A stretch of DNA of 64,000 nucleotides from Lytechinus pictus. Its lineage: Eukaryota. Both the position numbers and the translations under genes were made by a program. Shown in pieces: positions 53,716 to 64,000 of this stretch. The stretch lies in the NCBI RefSeq assembly GCF_037042905.1, contig NC_087245.1, forward strand, positions 4,404,001-4,468,000. Reading direction: 5' to 3'. Position 1 is the stretch's first letter, and each line of letters begins with the position of its first letter. Below the pieces are notes generated by a model that saw nothing but the letters and a program-made list of their open reading frames with translations, was not told where the DNA came from and made no database searches.

Positions 53716-55562
53716 GTAAGTCATCTCACTAAAATTGTCATTTTCTTTTTCGAAAAGACTAAATGAAGGATTGGGAATGGAGTAACAAAGTTTATTCTCA
53801 ACTTATAAAGCCTTTGAAACCATCATGTCACTGGCGGATCATTGAAAAAATGGAAGGAAGAAAGGAGAGGAGAAAAGGAAGATAGGAAGAAAAATGTGGA
53901 TAAAAACGAGAGGAGGGGAATGATTGAAAGGTAAACAAAATCAGGTCCTATAAAATTAAGAATTTTGCATTGCCTTCATGTTCTTGAGAAGCGGGGAGCA
54001 CCTCCAAAGATTTTTGTGGGGGTGCTGTTTTATACACCATAGGACACTCCCTGAAATAAAGTTGGTATGCTAAAATGTAGAATTTAGACCAAAAAATATC
54101 CCCTTTTTTATTTGCTTATCAAATTTTGTCTGAGCAAAATCATCCTCATTTTATTTTGAAGAGTAAACCCTTGATGTTTTTTTTTTTACACTCTAAATAC
54201 ATCGAGTAAAAAAATTACTCAATATTCTGTAAAAAGGAAACATGCATGTTTGCTGTGTATTTTTCCCCAATATTGTGCAAAATGCATGTTTTAAGGGTAA
54301 ATTTAAACGCCACATTGCGTAAAATTTTGAGAAATATTTGGTATTTTTTTTACCCAATAAACATGCATGTTCCCATTTTACCCAATATTGGAGAATTTCT
54401 TATTAGAGTGTATGTGCTTTTTCTTTTTCAAAACCAGAATCCCTCTTCAAAAAATTTTCCCCAGGCCCCTGGCTTTACATAAGTATATTTAAATTCTGAT
54501 GATGGTGAACATACACAGCAACAATCTCAATATAACTTTCGTCATGACATTTGAAAAAAAAAAGTTCAGGAGGAGCAAAAAAAAATTGCATTTGTACGCA
54601 CGCTCTCTGTTTATCTGTCTGTCTGCCTCCTCTCTCTCTCTCTCTTTGTCGTTCACATGTTCTCTCATTATTTTCTTCTCTTATGGAAAATATTGATGTG
54701 GTTCCAGTTAAAGTACACATATTATGTTACTTCTCCATGCATGTAACAGGATAAAATGGAAATTAAAGATGTTAAAATTTTATGAGTAAAACACAAGGCC
54801 AGACATTCAAGTCGATCTCGTATTTGTTTCATTCAAATTTATTCATCCTTTCATAATATCATTCTGACAATCATTGAACAACAATTTTTCTTCAAAGCCA
54901 ACAGGGAATTATGGGACATTCCTAAAAATATATGTATAGTATTTTACAATCTCTGAAGGTTATTCATGACGAAATGCGTCTCTTTTCCTCAAACAAAAAT
55001 AAAGATATTTTCTTGTTTAAACATTTCGTGCACTTATGCCTCGTAATTTACATGGTATATTTTTCAAACATGATTTATTTCAAGTTTGATTACTAAATTT
55101 TATGACGAGGTATATTTTGATCATGGAAATGAGCAAAGGGCTACTACAACCGAGATTAATGTTTTTCTTTGATTACATTTTCTGCAGTGGTTTTCATGTG
55201 ATGAAAAAGCCAAGGAGCTGCTAATTTCAATATCTACCCATTAAGGCTTAAAAGAATGATAAAATGTTTATCACTGTAATAGGTGTCAAAAGGAAAATAT
55301 AATTTGATTAAGACTTTTTTATCTCTTGACTTCGCTGTCTTTATTATAACATTGCGAATCTTTAATGAGGATGTATCTTTATTTATGGTAAATACTGTGT
55401 TGGCACAAAAAAAATTTGATTGTACCTTTCAAATTCAACTTGCAACACAGATCAAAAGTAAAATTTCTGCCATATGTTGGCTATATTACTTATGAAATAT
55501 CTTTTTTTTCTGATCTATGTATAACAACTCTAAATTTACGAGTAATAGGGCCTACTGAAATT

Positions 55563-55915
55563 TTAAAGGGATGGTCCGGGCTGAAAGTATGTATAGCCTA
55601 ATAAATAGAGTAGAATTCACTAAGCAAAATGCCAAAAATTTCATCAAAATCGGATAACAAATAACAAAGTTATTGAATTTTAAAGTTTAGCAATATTTTG
55701 TGAAAACAGTCGTCATGAATATTCATTAGGTGGCCTGACGATGTTACATCTCCACTTGTTCTTTTGTATTTCATTATATGAAATTAGGTTTATTCAATTT
55801 TTTTCCTCTAAGAACTAGAAAAATTGGATTGACAACTAATTTAGTGCATTAGATATTTATTGCTGCAACTTATTTCATTATAAGGGAGACACATTATTCA
55901 CACAAGTATGAACTA
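55563..55915. mobile_element. Truncated Kolobok-like MITE (inverted relative to 20677)
   Basis: ttaaagggatggtccgggctgaaagt... matches the reverse complement of the right arm of the 20677 element. Confidence 0.75.
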
Positions 55916-56702
55916 ATTTGTAAACGTTTGTATTCTTTTTGCCAGAAATAAAATAAGTAAAATAAATAAATATCTACAAATTATCCCATTGCACGAGATC
56001 CACAGTCCATATTATTTTGATTGATAATATAAGAAACTCTAATTATTAACGAGGACTGTAACCATATCCTGGCGGCTGGGAAGGATTTTAAAGAAGGTGT
56101 GCTGGTTTGGAAAGAAACGACAAGCCCCCAAAAGGGTTTTCACTCCCAATGGAAGTAATTTTTTGTCAAAGTTCTACATTTGAGCATACAAACCTGATTT
56201 CTATAGGGGAGGTAGTGCTGTTCTAACCCATACAAATTCTGGGGGTGCTAATTTACCCCCTCCCCAGCATCTCGTTTCCCAGGTCCGTGAAGATATACCT
56301 TTCATGGAAATAAAAACATAATTATGGACCTTCATTATTAGAGGTTTACGAGAAATGTTCCAATGGTTTCTGATGACTTCATGTTAAGCATAAAGAATAA
56401 TCTTATCGATGAAGATATTTTCCATTAGGAGTTGTTAATCATATTTTGAAACGGAGAAAAGATAACCCTTCTCGAAATTGATTAGATTCCAGAAGATGAA
56501 ATATCTTTTGGGTTAAACTTGAGAATAATGCCGCCTCAGAACTTCAGGAATACAAAAATAAATGCTCGGAATTTCACAAACTTTTTTAAAATTTAAAAAG
56601 GAAATTCAAGAGAGTAATTGAGCAAAAGATAGGATGAATTTATCACTCTCTACGAAAATATAATTGCAAAGAAACACTTTACACTCATTAGCATCTAATC
56701 AG

Positions 56703-57110
56703 TGAGACTACAGATGTAGCATGCTCTAATGTACAGTAGTTTTTGTAGGCCTACATTCTGTAGAAGCTGATTGGGGTAACATCAGACGGTTAATAAGAAT
56801 GTCATTGGAACTCATTCCTAATGGCATGGTCGTTTCATATTCTATGGATACACATGCAGAATAGAAATGGACTGAGAATCAAAGAGGTTTAATAGAGATA
56901 GAGCAACATCAAACTGTTCCCTTCGAACCAAGTTCGAAGCCGCCAGCAGAAACTATGTCAGGCATGTGCTTATCTTCCTTGCAAATGGGTGGACCAAAGA
57001 TTCCTATACATTACCCCATACCAACAGGTCATGCAGAAAGTCAAATGAAATAAGTCTTTGTGCTGATTAGTTTTAGCTCCACCTCGGTCTGATGACTTTT
57101 AGTCCATAAG
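56703..57110 (+). pseudogene. Possible decayed vWA-domain exon
   Basis: Peptides VVFVGLHSVEADWGNIRRLI...PNGMVVSYSMDTHAE* and, after a frame change, RNYVRHVLIFLANGWTKDSYTLP loosely echo vWA motifs by eye; ends at donor AG|GTAAGA. Confidence 0.3.
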
Positions 57111-59379
57111 GTAAGAAATCTAAGGGGTATGCGAAAAGAAATAGCTCTACATATTTTTTTTTTATATGACACAAATTTACTCGACTGTCAATGTAAATTT
57201 ATGCGAACTAATCTGACTTATGAAATTATTAACAACACTATTCTAATAACCGCATTTTAAATGTTTATTTGTCGAAGGGATTGAAAAGGTGTTAAAATCA
57301 GGTTTCTATATCGGTCAAAATCTTACGGAAAAGTGTCAAAATCTGGTTTCTAAAAAGGTCAAGATCTTTCTTTCCTCACTAAGTAAAGGTGACTTGATAT
57401 TATCCCGCTAATAGTGGCTTGGGAAATGAGGTTTTATCAAGTACTCAAATTCCAGTTTGTTTATTGATAAGATAAAAAATTAATAGAAATATTTATTTAC
57501 AAAATCACTTTTCCCTGTGAAACTGGCAGTTTAGAACGATGGATATCAAACGCAACATTACAGCCGTAGTAATTTCTTATGAGAACAAAAGAAGGCATGA
57601 TACAATCATATTTTGATCTTGTCAACTGCTCTTCTTCTTCTTCTTTTTCTTTTTCGTCGTGTTTTGGTGGAAGAGGGCGAATCCTGTCATCTCTCCTCCA
57701 AGGTCTTTACAAATTGTCTTCTTAAGCTACGTTCAACCTGATATTTAGTTTCCTATCAGTGTATTTTTTTTTCTTTTCAACCATACTTCCGTTTCGTGTA
57801 TTATTATTATAAAACAGCCGTTTTAACATTTTTGTTTTACCAGGTATTACGGTGGTAGTGGCGTACCGTGGGTCCCGACATGAGGGGGGGGGGGGGGCAC
57901 CAGCAAAAAAAAATGTGTCACTTAGTGGGCGCACAAAGCGCGCTCAATCGCCAGGTATTCTGACCTACATTTTAAGGACTGTGCTATCGATTTGCCACCC
58001 CAATAAAGCGCGACGATAATTTGGACATTTTTTTTTCTGAACCATAGATCAAAGCCACTTTCATCGAATGGAATGGTAAAAGAACGTCATTTTATTTCTA
58101 TTTACTAGAGTTTAATCCTTCAGGCGATGAAATATTCCATGAATCGTTTCAAGGGCTTTAAAGATGCTGCTATCGTCAAAATTACAAGATCATTTTATGA
58201 TCGCACGCGACTTTGCAATTAAGTTAAATAGGATTTAATTTAATCCTATTTAAATAAGGATGGACATTGGTAGCGTGTCCATTATTTTTTACATCGATTG
58301 TGTACTGTTGAGCAGGAGCAGCGCTACGTGGCTTACAGGGGGGGGGGGCGCCCCTTGCGATTCGTCGAGTAGTGACACAAAAGATAACAGAGTGGAAGAA
58401 AAGGGGAAGAGGAAGGAAAAGAAGAAGAGTATCTAAAAAAGATGTGTAGGTCGTGTAACTATATTAAACCCTATAATTCAACTTAGGAAATAAAATGACG
58501 TCACCGTTTTAGGTCGCCCCCCGGCCCCCTAAAGATCATACTTGCCTGGTATACTACTATACTCAATCCATCTATGGCAAAAAAATGACCAAAGAGTTCA
58601 TATTAGTAGCAAGATTTTTAAAAGGAAAGTGCTTTAAGGATGCATGCTTTTAAGTGGCATTAAAATGGATTATGATGACCGTGGAACCAATGACATCCTA
58701 ATAATCGGTTAACTTGAAAGGTTTAATATCAGATGTTTAATGGCTATTGCTAACACGAGCTTCCATAACGCTGACCCAATCACGTAGGCCTACTCTTAAT
58801 TGTTACCAATATGTTTCGTACTTTTTTTCCATTCGAAGTGAAATGCTTTTAAATTATTGACGTATTTTACAAGATACATGATATTTTATTTTGTCTTCGC
58901 AAACATGATGATTACAAAGAAATTTGTTTTCCACTGGTATAATTAAAGTAAGATAATAGACATGCATAAAAAAAAAAAAAAAAAAAACTCGGGTATCAAG
59001 CAGATACAATAAAACATTTACAAAAGTTTGAGTCGTCCAGAATACTATTATAATCATTATCATTTGAATATTACTAATAATAATAATAATTAATAATAAT
59101 AATGATAATAAATATCATTATAATAACTATTTGACTACTATTATCATGAAACTTTCCCGGATATTAATACATTAGTGTCATCATTACGCTGGAAACAGAA
59201 GTTTGATTAGCGTTTAGCTTGTGAATTGAATTTGTGAATAGAGTCGGGTAGAAATGAAGTTCTAAAACTGGAATCACCTATTAATCATTTGTAAATTTTG
59301 TGATTTATTTCAATTTGTATAATAAAAACAGAATTATAAAAAATAAAAAATAAAAAAAATAAAAAGTTCTAAAACTGGA

Positions 59380-59730
59380 AAGGCGGAGTGGAGTGAGACA
59401 AAGTCTTATGTCAAAACGATTGAATAAGTAGTGATGATTGAGTGGATGTGAAGCATCTTTCATGATTGAGCTGACTTTTCTTATGATTTGATCGGTACTG
59501 TAACAGTGGGATTTGATAGAGGCCAAATCTACCCCTATTATTTTTGCGCTATTTTACGGGGCCTTTCCATTTTCATCTTGTCTTCTTTTGAGAGATTGAT
59601 AAAGACACATAACACATTGAAAAGAAGGGCCCTTTTAATGACTGAATCATAGAACAGAGTCAATACCGTGTTGTCTACGTGGAAGGATTTTAATTTCTTT
59701 TACAATTTCAGTTAATTTTGTCGGACTCGG
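59380..59730 (-). mobile_element. LINE ORF2 C-terminal remnant (Rex1/Babar or L2/CR1 clade)
   Basis: Minus-strand peptide KKLKSFHVDNTVLTLFYDSVIK...KIAQK...IMKDASHPLNHHY, with stops and frameshifts. Confidence 0.6.
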
Positions 59731-59966
59731 AGCAAATCGATACTACGATATTACGATACTACGAGATCCCGCATATTATATAGTTTTTTTTAAGGACTCA
59801 TTAATACGAATTCAACTGCTCTGGCATTGTTTAATAACAATTGGGTCGTATTTCGTCAATTTGATTTTGGCCTTTAATGACACAGAGCAATCCATTGGTA
59901 GGCTCATGTTCTACGAGCTGTTCTTCGAGATCACACAGTGAGTTTACTGCAATATAGGCCTGTGTG

Positions 59967-62286
59967 CAGCTGCGTACCGTGGGTCATAGCATGGGGGGGG
60001 GGTAGCAAATATCTGAGTCATTTAGCAGGCACGCTCAATTGCCAGGTATAGGCCTACTGACATGACTGACGATATCACTGATAAAATAACGCGAGCGCGA
60101 AGCGCAAACTGAAAATTTTTGATATTCAGACCTAAAAAAAGAGACAAAACAAACACATTTTTGCAATCATGATACATACCTGTATCACAAAACAAACAGT
60201 GCGAGCGCTAAGCGAGCTGAAATTTTTGTGTATTTTGACCCCAAACAAGGACATTTATGGACTATTTTAATCTAGGAATTCACGAAGAGCATACATATCT
60301 CAACATAGTCATCTAATGCGAGCTCCAAGCTTAGCGCTTGCAGATTCTTTTAGAACAGGCGCTTTGCGCGGTTAAATGACAATATTGCAGTTCTCTTTTG
60401 CTTCCCTCACCCTTTCTCTAACCCTGTTTTTCCACCTCGGCTATAGGACTAGTGTTAGGCCTAAGGTTAGGCCGAAGTATATGAAGTTATCTTTTTTTTT
60501 CAAATTGATCACGCAATATTTCCGCACTTATGATCGTGCCGGCCCCAGGCGGGTAAAATCTTTATATACATTTCTGCCGTTACCCCCGCTTGTCAGCTCA
60601 TTACTAAGCAACCATATTATTTTTTTTTGCGGGGGGCAAACAGGTTCCTCAATTAAAAAGAGGAAGGTGTAAAATTCGTGTATTAAATTTAAAAAAAGGA
60701 CAATATCAGATTCTTTGAGACTTCATGTAATTTCCCTGCACATAAGTCTTCCGTCTTATTTTGCGCCCTCAGTTTGAAATTTTGAATGACACTTCAGTTT
60801 CTTTATCATTCAAAATGAAGCGCTTCAGGATGAGTCGAAGAAGTTATACACCATGTTTTTTTTCATACAATTTTAATAAAGCACAGAAGTTTCAATATTT
60901 TGCGCTCTATTTTCCTTGTGATGCGGTTCAATAATCTTATAAAATCAATTGAATTAGAGCCGATGAGGTATTAGAGATATCTGCATTTGATGAAACGTCC
61001 GCCCTTTGAAATTTCAGTGTTCGATTGCTCTGCGCGGGGAGGAATATCTTCCCCGCGGTATATACCCTTCTTCTCTATTTTGCGAGTTAAAGATATGCAC
61101 TGTCGCTAAATTGTTTGTAATCAAATCTGATCTTTCCAAGAAAGCATTTTATATAACTTAGAGAATACCCTTTTCCCGGGATCCTTTTCTTAAAAAAAAA
61201 ATTGATAAAGCACTTCAGGTTCCGCGCTTCGCGCGGGGTAAATGTTATTTTGATTTCCTCCATTTTATCCCTTTTTGTGCGTTCACAATCACTTTTGAAA
61301 AAAAGGTTCAAAATCACAATAAATTCAACTGAATTGGAGCTGATATAGGTACTATAGAGACAAGAGAGACGGCTCCCTTTCATTTTAATTCATGAAACGT
61401 CGAAAGATTCGCGCTTCGCGCGGGAGGGGAAAACTCCCCTCCATGCACTACCCGCTCTATAACCAATGGTAACGGTTGGCACGCTTCGCGTGCATATACC
61501 CCTTCAAAATGAAATCCTGGCTATGCGGTTGTTTTAGAATTTCACCTAAACTCATAAAGTACTTTTTGTAGTTATTGTAATCATGAACATGATATGTATC
61601 TCACCAATCAAACATTGCGAGCGCGAAGCGCGAGCTGATTTAAAAAAAAAAATTAGATCTGAAGAGGGGCGTTCTAAGGCTTGTTTGTAGGAATTCATTA
61701 AGACTATACGTATTTCACTAACCTAACAATGCGAGCGCGAAGCGCGAGTTGAAAATTGTCGATATTCAGACCAGAAAAAGGGATATGTTCAGGACTGTTT
61801 TAGGAATTCACGAAGAGCAGACATATCTCACCAATCCACTAATGCTAACATAAGCACGAATTGGAAAAGTTTTTTCAGACCTTAAAATGGGGCAATCACA
61901 TTTTACAGTGATGAAAAAGCATATGTTACTACATAAAATAATAAACACTCAAAGAGCAAGGAAATTGAAAGCGGGATGTTTTAGTTCCATTTAATCCCCT
62001 TGAATAGGATTATTCATCTCATTATCTCATCTCGAGCACTAGGAGTGACGAACACATAGGCCCTAAGCAAACTATATTTCGTAAAGTTATGAAAATATAT
62101 ATATAATATAATATTATATATATACTATTATATAACATAATATATAGTATGATATACAATAATTTTTTCTTCCTCCACCACGTTTCTCTTTCTTTCGCCC
62201 TCTCTTTCTCCTTTTCCCGTTTTTTTTTTGGCCAACCGATGTGGGGGGCACGTGCCCCCGTGCCCCCCCCCGTAGTTACGCCACTG
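59967..62286. mobile_element. hAT-like element carrying a nested insertion
   Basis: Ends cagctgcgta / tacgccactg; 8-bp TSD (c/t)ctgtgtg. Confidence 0.7.
60356..61531. mobile_element. Nested hAT-like element
   Basis: Perfect 8-bp TSD ttttagaa at 60348-60355 and 61532-61539; CA...TG termini. Confidence 0.65.
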
Positions 62287-64000
62287 TCTGTGTGTTTTAT
62301 TGATAGTCTAGATAGACTTTTTATACAAACATATTGTGAGTTTCGGCTGAAAACATCATGTGTATTAGATCTCTATTGGAAAACGAAAAATGTTTCAAAA
62401 TGTAATGCATATAATATAGGCCTGTATAGAGTATGAGAAGAGTATTATTCTAGTGTTGCATTTTGGGTGAGGATCCGGAAACTTTTTCTTAGTTATGGCC
62501 TAGACATGATGCTGTTCACAGTGGCTGTTATATTTTGGCTGCAATGTTAGGCAATCAAACCGATTATAAGTTGTATCAAAATATCGACACCTATAAAAAT
62601 AATAAAGCGGGTGTTAGGGGAGGGTGTTGATGAGGTTAACATGTTAAATGTATTCCTTTAAGAGTTAGCTAGATCTTTCCTCTGTATTTTAACGGCTAAC
62701 AACTCTTGCTTACAAGCATTGGTTCAAAACTTGTGGATATCGGTGCCGGTGTGTGTGTTCTTTTTAAGCTAAGTTATAAATAAGCAAATAAAAAATAGCA
62801 CAAATATTTTATTTCAGGTTATTTCTATCTTCAATTCGCAAATTCATATCAGTTTTATGATCTCATCTTTCACAAATGCGTATTAGCCGTTACTATTATC
62901 TGACCTTGCAGCGTATCATAATTTTGAAAAACAGATATATGCTTTATATTTACAAAAACTATCCCAGCAAAAAAGGTGAGCTATTTGACGATGGAGATTT
63001 TTCAGAGGTGGCATCCATTTGACCACTTAAATTAAAAAGAAAGATGTAAATTTGAGGGGTATATGCCCAGCCTGATCGCAACTCACTTTTTCTTCCATTT
63101 AATTTTTTTTTAATTCTGCTTCCGCCACTGGATCTTTCATTTTGAATTTCTTCCCGAGCTAAATCCAGCTAATGAAAATACGATCCCCCACCATTTTTAA
63201 TATTTTTCCGTAAAAAGATTTTCCTTTACTTTAGAAAGCATTGTCATTACACACTATTTCCCAAAATGATCAATCAAAGCGCACTCCCATTCCAGTAGCA
63301 ATTTCCGTTAAAAAAAATCTGAAAGCAATAAAAGAAGAAAAAAAAAGAAAATGGGCATCAAAATTTTATCAGTAGGCACTCTGTTTCCTCTCTCGCATGC
63401 TGGTCTAAAGAAATAATCAAATGTCTGTATTCATATCAATTTTGAATGAATAATAATAATGAATCAATAATGAATGAACTACCAACTTTACGATGAATTC
63501 TATTAACCCATATTCTTAAGTAATTTTAGAACCCAGTTTGATATACATCTATAATGACAACAGAGAACTTTTTAAAACGACATGAAATCAAAGGCGAATA
63601 TGAAGAAATATAGGAAAGTAATATCACTTGGTATGGTTTCCCCATTCACAATTCATTTGTTAGCACAGTTGAAAAACTCTGGTCTAAATGAAAGAATTAA
63701 ACAAATCGATTGCATCGTTGCTGCTAAATGTATGTTGTTGGATTTTTAAGGCAAATTTTTGAAATGTTCATTTGAACCATTTCCTTTTATATATTTTTTT
63801 GATACGGCGTGCACTTTACAATTGATTTCATAAGATGCAATGAGCATGGTATATGAAAGGTTTGATTTAAGTGCTTTTGTATAAGTTGAGCAACACACAA
63901 TAAGAACCGGAAAAGAAAAAAGGAGGAGGCCCTTTATCCCCGTTTTATACTTTTCTTAATTCTTATGATATTTCATGCGAGTCGTTCTAACGTTGGAATA

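Noticed and set aside
57085..57125. Hammerhead ribozyme core (CTGATGA...GAAA); also at 16174 and 56370
   Set aside because: No convincing stems II/III; the 16174 case looks like a LINE 3' tail
62818..62975. Second coding exon for the 53661 signal-peptide exon (good acceptor and donor)
   Set aside because: All three frames contain stops; at most a non-coding or decayed exon

Overview
AT-rich, intron- and repeat-rich animal genomic DNA. An invertebrate deuterostome, probably a sea urchin, is inferred from the repeat types and the GPCR type; this is not proven. Bases 1-33391 (+) hold the last 25 coding exons of an alsin (ALS2) orthologue: RCC1-like repeats, DH/PH, MORN repeats and VPS9. Every intron is GT-AG and the phases chain into 3840 nt (1279 codons plus TAG). 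The 5' part of the gene lies upstream of the window. A convergent, intronless rhodopsin-class 7TM GPCR lies at 44214-45398 (-); it has no in-frame ATG and divergent DRY/NPxxY motifs. Near 53.5 kb there is a plausible promoter and signal-peptide first exon, and at 56.7-57.1 kb a possibly decayed vWA-domain exon. The rest is mobile DNA: tRNA-derived SINEs, a Deu-domain SINE fragment, Helentron/DINE-like elements (one with a 154-bp tandem array carrying nuclear-receptor DR1/IR1 motifs), Kolobok-, hAT-, Harbinger-, Sola- and piggyBac-like MITEs (several nested), and LINE RT remnants. I found no prokaryotic-type system (CRISPR, defence island) and cannot claim a clearly new system. The best leads are two candidate alternative alsin exons, the transposon-borne nuclear-receptor site array and the ATG-less GPCR.
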